NCBI GenBank assembly: GCA_963827655.1 | Contig: CAWHCF010000049.1 | Span: 384,001-448,000, forward strand | Reading direction: 5' to 3' | Length of the DNA stretch: 64,000 nt | From: an uncultured Acidobacteriota bacterium | Lineage (GTDB): Bacteria; Acidobacteriota; UBA6911 | Shown: piece after piece, positions 51,668-62,164 of the stretch | How the letters are laid out: each line of letters begins with the position of its first letter | How positions within the stretch are numbered: position 1 is the stretch's first letter | The notes under the pieces: model-generated | Told to the model about the DNA's origin: nothing | The model's input: only the letters and a program-made list of their open reading frames with translations | Database searches by the model: none | Position numbers and translations under genes: made by a program

Positions 51668-51900
51668 GGGCTCGCGCAAAAATAACTTCACATTCTGGCG
51701 CGAGAGTCGGTGGTCAATCATGAACCGGTTTCTGTTCGCTAAGCACGCTGAGGATCGCGCCCCTTCGGGCTGCGGCCCGCAGGCCCGCTGGCTTTGTTGC
51801 TCGCTCCTCACGTACCGCACCGGGTACGCATCGTCGCTCGCGCCTCGCCAGCGGGCCTGGGGGCCTGCAGCAGAATGCGAACTTATTTCTGCGCGAACCC
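51668..51900 (+). mobile_element. 233-bp MITE, copy 3
   Basis: Same TIRs; TAA at 51665-51667 and 51901-51903; the empty site would be the palindrome TTCTTAAGAA. Confidence 0.9.
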
Positions 51901-51998
51901 TAAGAATGCTCACGAGGGCCGCCAAACCAGGGAACACCATGATGGCCAAACTGACGATTGCCACTACCAACGATGAGCAGATTCCGTGGCCGGCGCAT

Positions 51999-53387
51999 TT
52001 AGACCCTTGAGTTCGGGAAGCCATGCGATCGAAGGTAGGCGACAGTGAGGTCGCGCAGCATCGGGCCCGGGCGCCCCCTTTGGATCCGGCCGAGTTTCTC
52101 GCTCCTTTCGCCGGCGATGTATGCGGTGGTGGCGATCGAGTAGGTCTTTTCGGAATTTGCGTCGATGCGTCGTTCACGAAGGCTGGTCAGGAGCATGCTG
52201 CTCAGGTTCGATCCTCGAACCTCGACCACTTCCGTCGTTTCCTGCCAGCTTTCGAGACTGTAGATATCGCCGGTGCGAATAAGTCCGGGACGCAGCCGGC
52301 CGGCGACGCTCGCCTCATCGTAGTAGGCGAAGTCCGCCCCGGTTTCGCTGCGCAATGCCGTTTCGAAAAGAGCCTTGACGCCTTTTCCGTCGAGCCATTC
52401 GGAATTGTTTCCGAGGGGTTCGCCGACCGAAAGCGGCGCATCGCCATCCATCGCCACATTGATAAAGGCGTGCACGTGCGGATATCCACGGAAATAAAAG
52501 ACCGCGGCGGGGCCCTCTAAACGAAAGACCTGGGCGTCAGGAATATCGCCGTCCTCGCCGTGCTGGTAGTAGCTCAGGAAGAGCGCGTCGAGCCCGCCAT
52601 TCGCGGCGAGACACTCGCGCGCGTACGCCACGTCGTCGGGTGGATATGCTGAAAGGATGCGCTCGACCAGCTCGCGCACCAGAGCCTTGCCTTCCGGCGC
52701 GAGCTCGGCCACGGGAATTCCCGGCAACGAACCGTGCCGACCCTGAAGTTCGATCTTCGTTTGGACTGGAGCTTCTTCCAGAAGCGCGTGCTTCCTTCTC
52801 CCTTCGTCGAGGCTGCGGAGGAGACGTTGGCCGGACAGGAACTGGTCGCGATACAAATTGTCCGGCAATCCGGCGATCTCGTTCCCGCGCTGGTCGCCAT
52901 AGACCTGCGGACCGCCGAAGGCCGCGCCTTCGCGGCTCTTTCCGCCAAGACGCAGGTTCAGATGCGCACCCGTGAGAATGATTTGATACGGCCCTGCCGT
53001 GGGATCACCGCAGATCAGGACGCGCATCGAGTGCACGCCAGTCCAGCGCGTGAAGTACTCCTCGGGCACGCGGTCGCGCCCCTCCTCGGACAGACCTGCA
53101 TATAAGAGATCAGTCAGGATTTGCCGCTGCTCGCGGTTGAAGGCGGCGAAAACCGATTGGCCTCCGCCCCAGACTCCGCGGTTGTGATATTGCCGCAGAG
53201 GATGGTCGTAACTCACGCAGGTTTGGGCGCGCTGATCGGCATCGAGACCCACATAGAGATGCCGCGCGAGCGCGTCCACCGGTTCGAGCACACGACTCCG
53301 CCGAGGCGGCAGAAACCGGTAGCCACCATAGGCCCCGGCCCCGGCGAGTACGCCGAGACCCAGTTTGAGAACAGCGCGGCGATTCAT
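51999..53387 (-). CDS. DUF3500-like protein with Tat signal and possible 5'-nucleotidase C-terminal-like domain
   Basis: MNRRAVL; GLSEEG, GAHLNLR, FGGPQVYG, FRLEGP, FRGYPHVH; tail GADFA..RPGLIRTGDIY..YSIAT. Confidence 0.6.
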   Translation of the reverse strand: MNRRAVLKLGLGVLAGAGAYGGYRFLPPRRSRVLEPVDALARHLYVGLDADQRAQTCVSYDHPLRQYHNRGVWGGGQSVFAAFNREQRQILTDLLYAGLSEEGRDRVPEEYFTRWTGVHSMRVLICGDPTAGPYQIILTGAHLNLRLGGKSREGAAFGGPQVYGDQRGNEIAGLPDNLYRDQFLSGQRLLRSLDEGRRKHALLEEAPVQTKIELQGRHGSLPGIPVAELAPEGKALVRELVERILSAYPPDDVAYARECLAANGGLDALFLSYYQHGEDGDIPDAQVFRLEGPAAVFYFRGYPHVHAFINVAMDGDAPLSVGEPLGNNSEWLDGKGVKALFETALRSETGADFAYYDEASVAGRLRPGLIRTGDIYSLESWQETTEVVEVRGSNLSSMLLTSLRERRIDANSEKTYSIATTAYIAGERSEKLGRIQRGRPGPMLRDLTVAYLRSHGFPNSRV

Positions 53388-53696
53388 GATAGAGCACCTT
53401 CATATTACCAGACACGTCGCTCAGAGCGGATAGACGGAATCATTTTCAGCTCCCGGTACGCGCCCTCCTTGAGAATTCCCTTGTGCTCCGCAAATATTCG
53501 ATCTGACACGAAAATTGGCTTTTGAGCATGTAAGATTTGTCCGCCATGCTGAACCTGCCCCAACTTGTATCCGGTTACCGGACGATAAGGGCAAGTGGAA
53601 CGTTAGTCGGATGCCACAGGCGTGTTTTCGAAGCAGATGCGGAACGGCGATCGGAAGCGAATAATCGAAGGCTCTCTGGGCAACCACCTGCAAGCT

Positions 53697-55103
53697 CTAA
53701 TTGGATGACCCGATGGCATAGAGCGCGTTTCGGGTCCGAATGTACATTTGGCCTTTGCTGACTGCCGGAGTTGCGTAGATTTCCGAGTCGAATTCATTGA
53801 TCGCCAGAATCTCCCAATCGCCAGCAGCACGCAGCACGACAACCTTGCCATGCTCGCTGGCGATGTAAACCTTACCGTCGACGCCGATCGGTGAGGCGTA
53901 GTAGTCTTCGAGCGCGCCCGTCAAACGCGCCTGCTTGAGTACCTTGCCGGTCTGAGCGTCCAAAGTGGTCGCGATTCCGCCGCTTCGGACGAGGAACACC
54001 ACGTCATTGTAAACGAGGGGCGCCGGTACGTCGGGCAGCGACTTTTCAAAGCGCCAGAGCACGTGCGTGTCTGTCACGTCGCCGCTGCCTCCGAGTTTCA
54101 CCGCCAATAAACCGTTGCGCGAGGCACGGCGAGTGCGGAAAAACGTCCATTCCCTCTCGTTCAGAAAACCATCTCGATCCAAGTCGATCGCACGCCAGGT
54201 TCCTGTGGGCTGCCAGGGCTGTGGAAGTTCCGTCTGAGAGAGCTTCCTGTCGTGATTGGCATCGGCTGCGGCGATCACCTCGGCGAAGGTGGGCAGTTCG
54301 ACCTGCTGTCCCGCGTCGTTCCCGGAAGTCCAACCGCTGAAGTAGACAATATCGCCGGCAATGGTTGGCGCCGATTTTGGCTGGCAGGTGAGACCCCGAA
54401 CGAACCAGAGCGGTTCGCCGTCCAAGATGGAATACGCGGTGAGCTGGTAGGAGCCGGGTGCGATGACTTGTGCGGGGCCGCGGGCCGGACGGTAAATGAT
54501 CGGGGTGGAGTACCCGTTGATGACGTCGCGTGGCGTTTTCCAGGCAATCTTGCCGCTATCTGCATCCACCGCGATAATGTATGCGTCGGTGTCCTGATCG
54601 AAGACGAGGATCACTCTTCCATCGGCCTCGACAGGCGATGCAACCACGCCGTGTTGACTGTTAAATGGTCCGAGCGGCAACTGCCATCGCTGTTTGCCCT
54701 CGAAATCATAAGCGACCAGGCCGAAATCAGCGAAGAAGACAAAGACGCTCTTTCCATCGGTCACCGCGGTCGGCGCCGCGCGGTGATTGAGGGTGTTCTG
54801 TGCTTCGCGCCTGGCAGCGCGGACGGATTGGCGCCACTGAACCTGGCCGGTGGTGCGGCTCAGGCACATCGTAATCAAATCATCGCCCTCGGAAGCGGTA
54901 AGGAAAATGCGATCCCCGGCCAGGACGGGGGAGGACTTTCCTGCCGGCAGCTCTGTCTTCCACAGAACGTTTTTTTGAGGCCCAAACTCGGTTGGCAGTT
55001 GCCCGCAGGAAGGGCACAGTCCGGAGCCGTTCGGACCACGAAACTGAGGCCAGTCGGCGCCGAATAGACCGAGTGCTAGCAGCGGATAGAGTAGGGTGCG
55101 CAT
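53697..55103 (-). CDS. PQQ-binding-like beta-propeller protein with EF-hand-like insert
   Basis: DWPQFRGPNG, WKTELP.G.SSP, SGKIAWK, YSTP, DANHDRKLS, DLDRDGFLN, YYASP, IYATPA. Confidence 0.88.
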   Translation of the reverse strand: MRTLLYPLLALGLFGADWPQFRGPNGSGLCPSCGQLPTEFGPQKNVLWKTELPAGKSSPVLAGDRIFLTASEGDDLITMCLSRTTGQVQWRQSVRAARREAQNTLNHRAAPTAVTDGKSVFVFFADFGLVAYDFEGKQRWQLPLGPFNSQHGVVASPVEADGRVILVFDQDTDAYIIAVDADSGKIAWKTPRDVINGYSTPIIYRPARGPAQVIAPGSYQLTAYSILDGEPLWFVRGLTCQPKSAPTIAGDIVYFSGWTSGNDAGQQVELPTFAEVIAAADANHDRKLSQTELPQPWQPTGTWRAIDLDRDGFLNEREWTFFRTRRASRNGLLAVKLGGSGDVTDTHVLWRFEKSLPDVPAPLVYNDVVFLVRSGGIATTLDAQTGKVLKQARLTGALEDYYASPIGVDGKVYIASEHGKVVVLRAAGDWEILAINEFDSEIYATPAVSKGQMYIRTRNALYAIGSSN

Positions 55104-55281
55104 GGATCTGTTACCCATATTAAGGTGTCGCAACTCATACAACGTCTCGATGGGCTGGTTTGAAACCTGATCCCGCTCGAGCCGGTTGATCATAGCATCA
55201 GCAGCGCTTCCGGACCTCATCGAGCATGCTGCGTCCGATTGGCACTGGGCACGTCGGCGGCTTTCAACCGCGCGAATCCGT

Positions 55282-56040
55282 TCACATCATCATTCCGCCG
55301 TCGATCACGACGGCTTGGCCGGTCATGAAGCGGGAGTCCTCCGAAGCGAGATAAAGAGCGAGAGCCGCGATCTCCTCCGCGGTTCCAAGCCGACCCATCG
55401 GTTGGCGGGCGACGAACGCCCGGCGCGTCGCGTCCGGATCGGGTGTGTCCGCGACGCGCTGGCGCATGGAAGGGGTATCGACGGTGGCAGGACAGATGCA
55501 GTTGACGCGGAGACCGTCCTTGATGAAATCTGCGGCCAGGCTCTTGGTCAGCCCTATGACCGCGGACTTCGAGACCGAATAGGCGCCTCGATTTTGTACG
55601 CCCGTCAACCCGGCGACGGCGCCCATGTTGATGATGCATCCACCCCCCTGCTTGACCATCAGGGGAACCGCTTCCCGGCTGAGAAGGTACATCGATCCGA
55701 TATTGACATCAATCGTTCTGCGCCACTGCTCCTCGGTGCAGTCGACGAGACTTCCCACGGGGACTATTCCGGCGTTGTTGAACAGCACGTCGAGCCGACC
55801 GAAACGCTCCATCGTACGTTCGATGACCGAGCGGCAGACCGAGGGGCTCGAGACGTCGCCGGCAATATCCAGCACGGCGGCCCGGGCCTGCCCGAGATCA
55901 CGAGCCAGCTTTTCGAGTTCGGCCCGATCCAGATCGACGAGCACCAGACGCGCGCCCTCGCGTGCAAAGAGGCGCGCCGATGCTTCGCCGATGCCCGCGG
56001 CCGCTCCTGTGATGATCACGACTTTCTCCGTCAGCTTCAT
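55282..56040 (-). CDS. Short-chain dehydrogenase/reductase
   Basis: TGAAAGIG, NNAG, YSVSK (YxxxK), VNCICP, PMGRLG, IDGG. Confidence 0.94.
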   Translation of the reverse strand: MKLTEKVVIITGAAAGIGEASARLFAREGARLVLVDLDRAELEKLARDLGQARAAVLDIAGDVSSPSVCRSVIERTMERFGRLDVLFNNAGIVPVGSLVDCTEEQWRRTIDVNIGSMYLLSREAVPLMVKQGGGCIINMGAVAGLTGVQNRGAYSVSKSAVIGLTKSLAADFIKDGLRVNCICPATVDTPSMRQRVADTPDPDATRRAFVARQPMGRLGTAEEIAALALYLASEDSRFMTGQAVVIDGGMMM

Positions 56041-56141
56041 GGTTCTAATTCCTCCCGCTCGCCCGTTCGGGACGCGATTTGTTTCAAATGGCTCATCTGC
56101 GAAAGAGTGCTTTCAACGGCTGGGCCGCCGGGGATGCGATC

Positions 56142-56365
56142 TCATTGACCGCTCCTGGAAGCGCTCTCCGGACACGAATCGCCGGACTGCCTCCTGGAGC
56201 AACCGGGGGGAGCGCCGGTCCACGCGTTGCGGGTGGAACCCGCCAGATGCGCGTTAGCGTCAGGCTCCAGTTTTCTCCATCGACTGTCCGGCGGCAGCGG
56301 CTCGTGCCAAAAAACATCCAGCGCTGCGCCCGCCAGGTGTCCTGTGCTCAGAGCCAATAGCCTAG
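56142..56365 (-). pseudogene. C-terminal remnant of a D-2-hydroxyacid dehydrogenase
   Basis: ALSTGHLAGAALDVFWHEPLP...HLAGST; the upstream gene body is absent. Confidence 0.6.
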
Positions 56366-56473
56366 CACTGCATACCGCTCGCTGGCTGAGGAATGTGCCA
56401 GCGGCAGTTTTCCTGAGCCGGAGCACCCCAGATTGGCGGGGTCTTATTGGATGTAACAAAAAACGCCTATTTG

Positions 56474-56516
56474 TTGACAATTCCCTTGACACATGTCACA
56501 ACCAGCCACTATGAAT
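56474..56516 (+). promoter_or_regulatory. Putative promoter with overlapping operator-like palindrome
   Basis: TTGACA at 56474 and 56486; TGACAcaTGTCA inverted repeat 56487-56498; TATGAA 18 nt after the second -35; AT-rich context. Confidence 0.45.
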
Positions 56517-56779
56517 GTTTTATATATTGTAAACCGCGAGGACGTAACCAGCATCGCATTGTAGAGTAATCCGGCCACGCGCCTTGAGACGGAGTGTAAG
56601 AGCGAAGGGCCTCTCAACGCGCCAAGCCAGCGAGACGGAAGGGTAGAGCAGTAAAAGGCGGTTGAGGTCCCGGGCTCGCCGACTTAAACCGACGGAGACT
56701 TCTTATGAGGATCAGCACCCAATCAGATAGGGCGGTCGTGCGCCGTGGACTCGCGGCTCGAGACGTTGTCAACAGCTCG

Positions 56780-59700
56780 ATGAAATTCCTGTTTTGCCTG
56801 TTAGTTCTGGCGTGCATGGCTCCGCCAGTTACTCTGATGGCCCAGACCTCGGGCACGGGCGCCATCACCGGTACGGTCAAGGACGCGTCCGGCGGGATTA
56901 TTCCAGGGGTGACGGTTCAACTGACCCAGGCCAGCACGGGAGATATGCGCGAGGCCACAACTGGAAGCAACGGCCTTTACAGCTTCCGGCTGCTTGCGCC
57001 CGACACCTATAGCGTCAAGTTCTCCCAGCCTGGTTTCAAAACCGTAATCCGGGACGGGATCACCGTGCGGGTGACGGAAACCTCCGTTGTGGACTTCGCA
57101 CTCGAAGTGGCGTCGCAAAGCGAAGTGGTCACGGTCACGGGGGACGCTCCGCTGCTTCAAACCGACAACCCGGCCCTTGGGCGGGTTGTCGACTCACGCC
57201 AGATCACCGAGCTGCCTCTGGCCTCGCGCAACTTCACGCAGCTGACCGCGCTGTCTTCCGGGGCGCAGATGGCGCTGCCGGACAGCGCGGCCCTTGGAAA
57301 AGGCACACGCAACTCCTTTACCAATGGGGTCTTTCAACAGGGGAACAATTACATAATCAACGGCATAGACGCCAACGATCCGTATACCCATTCGGCTTCT
57401 TCGCTCCGCGGATCCGGAGTGGGCACTCCCTCCCCCGAGAGCATTCAGGAGTTCAAGGTGCAAACCGGACTCTACGATGCTTCATATGGGAGAAACGCCG
57501 GAGCGAGCGTGGCGATCGTGACCCGTTCGGGGGGCTCGACCTATCATGGAGGGGTTTACGAGTTCTTCCGGAACGAAGTGCTCAACTCCAATAACTTCTT
57601 CTTCAACAGCGTCGGCAAGTCCCGTCCAATCCTGCGCCAGAACCAGTTCGGAGGGACGTTCGGAGGACCGGTTCTCAAGAACAAACTGTTTTTTTTCACC
57701 TCCTATGAGGGGAGTCGCCAACTCAACGGCGCCTCCGCTTCTTCCACGCGCCAGCTGGTGCTGCCACCTGTTCCGCAGAACCGCAGCGCCGCAAGTCTAG
57801 GGGCCGTTTTCGGGGGCCAGACGGGACTCCGGGGAGGATTGGCCATCGCTCCCGACGGTTCGAACATCCACCCGGTGGCTCTTAATCTGCTGAACTACAA
57901 GCTTCCCAACGGCGAGTTCCTCCTTCCGAGTCCGCAGCGCTCCGGGCCCGGCGTCAACTACGTCCTCTCCATTCCCGATGTCTTCGACGGGGACCAGTTC
58001 AACGTCAACCTCGATTACGAGGTCAGCGGAAACAACCGGCTGGCATGGAAGTACTTCTTCGCCACATCGTCCCAGGATAATGGGCTGACCGGCCAAAACA
58101 ATGTTGCGGGGTTCCCTGCGACCACAGAGTTCGGAAATCAGAATATTGCGCTGGCCGATACCCATATCTTCGGGTCCGCCAGGGTCAATGAGGTGAGGAT
58201 CGGGTATGCCCGGAACCGCCGCTTCAATACCGGTACTTATGCGCTTGAAGATGCGGACGTGGGAATCTTCCGCGCCAACCAGGCTCAGTATCCGGGATTC
58301 CCAGCCACGTTTATTCCGGACGGATATAACCTTGGAGGTCCGGGAAATGAGTCGCAGCAGATCGCGAACACCTATTCTCTGGTTGACGTCTTTTCATTTC
58401 GACTGGGGAACCACTCCCTTCGAGCCGGAGGCGAGACCAAGAGGATCCAAATCAACAATAACACCTTCCGAGGCACCCAGGGCGGTGTCATGCGCATCCA
58501 GTCATTCGCCGATTTTCTCCTGGGAAGGCGTTCAGGCCCGATCGCTGAAGGAGGGAACGGGACCACCTTCAGCAACATCAACCAGGTCAACATTGCGGGT
58601 CCGGCCAGGTTCAATTACCGGATGACCCGCACCTGGGATCAGAGTCTCTTTCTGGCTGACGACTGGAAGGTGAATCCGAGGCTTACCTTGAATCTGGGGC
58701 TCCGCTGGGAGTTCCTGGGCGATGCCTGGGATTACAATGGTTATAGTCTCAACTTTGATCCCCGTTTGTATCGGGTGCCACCGCCAGGCGGTTTCAGCTC
58801 AGCCGGGTGGGTGCTGCCGGAGAATTCGCCGTATGCCGCGTCTTTCCCGGACATCCCGCTGGTGGGGCGGACGTTCCTTGACTCCACCGACTGGAACAAC
58901 TTCGGGCCTCGTTTCGGCTTCGCCTATCGGGCGTGGAAGAACATCGTGATCCGGGGTGGATACGGAATCTACTACGATAAGAAGAGCTTCCTGCCCGTGA
59001 TTGCAGAGAGCGGGCTGATTCAGGCTCCCCTCGGGCGCAATGGCGTGGACAATGCGGCATCGACTCTGGACAATCCCTTTCCTGTTCCGCCGACAGGGGA
59101 TCAGCCCATCAATCTCACGATCATCCCCGGGCCTCCGTTCGCGGGCCCAACGCTATCGAGGGGCTTCCTGGATCCGCTCAGCCGAACCCCCTATTTTCAA
59201 AACTACACCCTGAATGTACAGTACGAATTCACCAAGGATCTCATGCTGGAAACCGCCTATGTCGGCTCCAAGGGGACGAAACTGTACCTTTCGGTAACGA
59301 AGAACCAGGCAGATCTGGCGAGTCCCTCGAATCCGATCAACGGCCAGACGACCAACAGCCCCGCGAACGCGGTGCTGAGAGCTCAGTGGCTGGGCTTTTC
59401 CAACGTAACCTGGAGCAACGAGAACACGGGCATCTCCAATTACCACTCGCTGCAGACGAGTCTGACCAAACGGATGAGTGACGGGCTGGGATTTCTTGCT
59501 TCTTACACGTTCTCGAGGAGTCTCGGCAATGTTTCCGGAGGAGACGCCTTCGGGGATTTCGCCGGGAGCTTCGGCAACCTGGCGCAGAATCAGCACGACG
59601 TCCGGGGCACCGGATACGGGCCGCTCAACTTCGATCGCACCCACCGGTTCGTGATGAGTGGCCTCTATGAGCTGCCGTTCTTCCGGGGAAGCACGTCCGC

Positions 59701-60229
59701 GCTCGAGAAGGCTTTCGGAGGCTGGCAGCTCTCCGGGATCTGGACCGTGCAATCGGGCACGCCCTTCAGCATCATCGACACGACCTCGGGCACGCTTTAC
59801 GGACTCAGCGGGAGGGCGAGCTTTGCGCCGGGCGCAACGGCAGAAGCCGCCACCCTGTCGGGTTCCACTCAATCCCGACTGAACGCCTACTTCAACACAG
59901 CGGCCTTCATTCGGGCTTCCTCGATTCCAGCCGGCGGGACAACTCCCGACGGTTTCCCGGTCTCGGCGGCGGGGACGGTCTTCGGCAACACCGGGGTGAA
60001 CATTCTCCGGGGACCGGGCCAGGCCAACCTGGATCTCGGTATCTTTAAGAGGTTCAGCCTGGGAGAGGAACGAAGGCTCGAGTTCCGAGCCGAGTTCTTC
60101 AACGCGCTGAATCAGGTCAATTTCGATTTGCCCGGGTCCGCCGTCTCCACGCCGGCAACCTTCGGCGTCATCAGCGACACGACGGCGGCTCCACGGGTGA
60201 TTCAGTTTGCCTTGCGACTCATGTTCTGA
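56780..60229 (+). CDS. TonB-dependent receptor with carboxypeptidase-regulatory-like N-domain (intact)
   Basis: GAITGTVKDASG, LPLASRNF, ESIQEFKVQT, NQFGGTFGGP, DDWKV..LTLNLGLRWE, FRAEFFN, PRVIQFALRLMF. Confidence 0.93.
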   Translation: MKFLFCLLVLACMAPPVTLMAQTSGTGAITGTVKDASGGIIPGVTVQLTQASTGDMREATTGSNGLYSFRLLAPDTYSVKFSQPGFKTVIRDGITVRVTETSVVDFALEVASQSEVVTVTGDAPLLQTDNPALGRVVDSRQITELPLASRNFTQLTALSSGAQMALPDSAALGKGTRNSFTNGVFQQGNNYIINGIDANDPYTHSASSLRGSGVGTPSPESIQEFKVQTGLYDASYGRNAGASVAIVTRSGGSTYHGGVYEFFRNEVLNSNNFFFNSVGKSRPILRQNQFGGTFGGPVLKNKLFFFTSYEGSRQLNGASASSTRQLVLPPVPQNRSAASLGAVFGGQTGLRGGLAIAPDGSNIHPVALNLLNYKLPNGEFLLPSPQRSGPGVNYVLSIPDVFDGDQFNVNLDYEVSGNNRLAWKYFFATSSQDNGLTGQNNVAGFPATTEFGNQNIALADTHIFGSARVNEVRIGYARNRRFNTGTYALEDADVGIFRANQAQYPGFPATFIPDGYNLGGPGNESQQIANTYSLVDVFSFRLGNHSLRAGGETKRIQINNNTFRGTQGGVMRIQSFADFLLGRRSGPIAEGGNGTTFSNINQVNIAGPARFNYRMTRTWDQSLFLADDWKVNPRLTLNLGLRWEFLGDAWDYNGYSLNFDPRLYRVPPPGGFSSAGWVLPENSPYAASFPDIPLVGRTFLDSTDWNNFGPRFGFAYRAWKNIVIRGGYGIYYDKKSFLPVIAESGLIQAPLGRNGVDNAASTLDNPFPVPPTGDQPINLTIIPGPPFAGPTLSRGFLDPLSRTPYFQNYTLNVQYEFTKDLMLETAYVGSKGTKLYLSVTKNQADLASPSNPINGQTTNSPANAVLRAQWLGFSNVTWSNENTGISNYHSLQTSLTKRMSDGLGFLASYTFSRSLGNVSGGDAFGDFAGSFGNLAQNQHDVRGTGYGPLNFDRTHRFVMSGLYELPFFRGSTSALEKAFGGWQLSGIWTVQSGTPFSIIDTTSGTLYGLSGRASFAPGATAEAATLSGSTQSRLNAYFNTAAFIRASSIPAGGTTPDGFPVSAAGTVFGNTGVNILRGPGQANLDLGIFKRFSLGEERRLEFRAEFFNALNQVNFDLPGSAVSTPATFGVISDTTAAPRVIQFALRLMF

Positions 60230-60428
60230 AGGGACTGATTTTCAAAAGCCCGAGACGAGTCAGGAGCAAGAAGTTGGTTGGCACTACTTGAAAAGGATAA
60301 CATACGAGATGGGTAGGTTACGTCAAAAGAAGGATGAATCTCCTGGAGGAAGTGAGCCGCCTGCTGAATGCATATGCAAAAGCGATTCTGGCTTCTGCTT
60401 CTGACTCCTGGCTTCTATCCCGCTGCTT

Positions 60429-61757
60429 TTGGCGAAATATCAAGGGCGCAGCCCTTGCCTGGTTAGGAGAATACGCATGTCGGAGATGTATGGGTATCCC
60501 GTGAGACTTCACATTGTCCGGTGGGTCGTCCTTGTCGCCTCTGCTCTCCATTTCGCTGTTGTCGCCGATGGAAGGCCAGGGCGCCCGGAGAACCAGACCT
60601 CGATTACGTCTCCGCAGCCAGCGCGCTCTTCCACTGGCAGGAAAGAGGTCGGCATTTGTGCCTCAGGGGCGCTGGAAGTCTATGCCCGGAACGAGGCGGA
60701 GGGCTGGGCGAAGACGCGTTGCGCGCCGGCTCCGCCGAACGTCCCGAGCGACAAGAATGGCCTAGCCCTGAACTGGCGCGACGCGGCCGTCAAGAAGGCC
60801 GACGGGCTGACCTATGTGGTTTTCCTGATCCCGGGGGAGGATGCCGGAGGTCAGATCCGATTCAACGACGCTCCCTCGTATGGCGCGATCGTCGTCGGGC
60901 ACGGCGGGGGAGGTGGCACGGCCTGGCCCTTGAAGGCGCGCGACGGCGGACGGGAAGACGACACCGACTGGCAGGACCTGCAGGACAAGCACGGCATGAG
61001 GGTGGTGGAAGTCGCGTGGCACGACGCCGGAATCAAGAATGGGGGACGCTTCACACGCAATTCGCCGGCCGGGCGCACGCTCGGCGACATGCTGGAGCGG
61101 CCCAACCTCCTCTTCGAGTGGATCTACGACAACTTGAACGTCGAAGGGAAGCCGTTTGGCCTGATCGGTTCCAGCGGTGGCGCGGATGCCGTGCTGGCGC
61201 CGCAGGTTCTGCAATCGAGGATCAAAGACAAGATTTCCTATCTCGCGCCGGTCTCCTATCCGCCTCCCTTCTACGATCCGGTCGTTGCGTGCAACGGTCC
61301 CACTCCGCCGGGAACTTTCGTGACGGCGGCCACGGCAGCGCTGGGCGAATCCGGTATCGGCGTCAAGGTGGGGTCGGGGAAAAATGTGGTGGATAGCATC
61401 CTGCGCACGCCCGGCCAGAACTGCGCCGCCCAGACCATGACGAAGGCGCTCGCCGGCGGGTCGAGCACCAAGGAAAGCCTGGATGCCATCCTGGCGCGAG
61501 GAGGGAGCGGGTACAAAGGGGCGCTGCACGTCCTCATCGGCACCGCAACCACTGAACTCCGCAACAGCGATGTCGGCAACGGAGTGGTCTGGTCCTCGGG
61601 CAACCTTTTCCATCACCCCTACTTCGCCGGTGCCAGACGGATCTGGTTCGAGAGCGCCACTGAGGGCCATGGCGAGCCGTTCTGGAATGCCAGCGGCGCG
61701 GGGTTTTCTCAGGTGCACCGCGAGCTGGTGCGCACGTTGCTGGACCCGCAGAAATGA
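60429..61757 (+). CDS. Hypothetical secreted protein, possible alpha/beta hydrolase (start uncertain)
   Basis: HGGGGG, IGSSGG nucleophile-like motif, late Asp and EGHG; hydrophobic signal-like segment. Confidence 0.6.
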   Translation: MAKYQGRSPCLVRRIRMSEMYGYPVRLHIVRWVVLVASALHFAVVADGRPGRPENQTSITSPQPARSSTGRKEVGICASGALEVYARNEAEGWAKTRCAPAPPNVPSDKNGLALNWRDAAVKKADGLTYVVFLIPGEDAGGQIRFNDAPSYGAIVVGHGGGGGTAWPLKARDGGREDDTDWQDLQDKHGMRVVEVAWHDAGIKNGGRFTRNSPAGRTLGDMLERPNLLFEWIYDNLNVEGKPFGLIGSSGGADAVLAPQVLQSRIKDKISYLAPVSYPPPFYDPVVACNGPTPPGTFVTAATAALGESGIGVKVGSGKNVVDSILRTPGQNCAAQTMTKALAGGSSTKESLDAILARGGSGYKGALHVLIGTATTELRNSDVGNGVVWSSGNLFHHPYFAGARRIWFESATEGHGEPFWNASGAGFSQVHRELVRTLLDPQK

Positions 61758-61835
61758 TCGCCCGCGCGTCGAGATGAGTTCCATTGGCTTTGAGTTTTGG
61801 AAAAAGCCGATGTCCCCAAAAACCGTGAAAACCCG

Positions 61836-62072
61836 TTGCTTCAGGCTGCCGGCTACCACGTGACCCGCGCGGCGATCGCTCGGCATGTTTGATGTCATCG
61901 CGATCAATGCCCAGGGCGTCAGGCTCATCCAGTAAAGACCAACCGCGATGCTTCGCCGCTCGAGCGCGAGGCCATCCAGCTCTTCAATGGGGCTGCCGGC
62001 GAATGCCACCAAGGAAGTCTGGATCTTCCGGGACTATGCGCGGGCGCCGATCGTCAAGGCGATCGGGGTAGA
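61836..62072 (+). pseudogene. Frameshifted remnant resembling an Hjc-type PD-(D/E)xK Holliday junction resolvase
   Basis: Joined across 3 shifts: LLQAAGYHVTRAA-SLGMFDVIAINAQGVRLIQ-KTNRDASPLEREAIQLFNG-LPANATKEVWIFRDYARAPIVK. Confidence 0.55.
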
Positions 62073-62164
62073 CCTCCGAACTTTGGTTCAATCTGAACCG
62101 AAGTCCTTCAAAGTGGTCAAACGAAAGTTTGATATCCGTAATGCGTTAAGCTACACTTTTCAAA

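Noticed and set aside
56520-56780. Cobalamin or other riboswitch in the long TonB receptor leader
   Set aside because: No B12-box or other recognisable conserved blocks.
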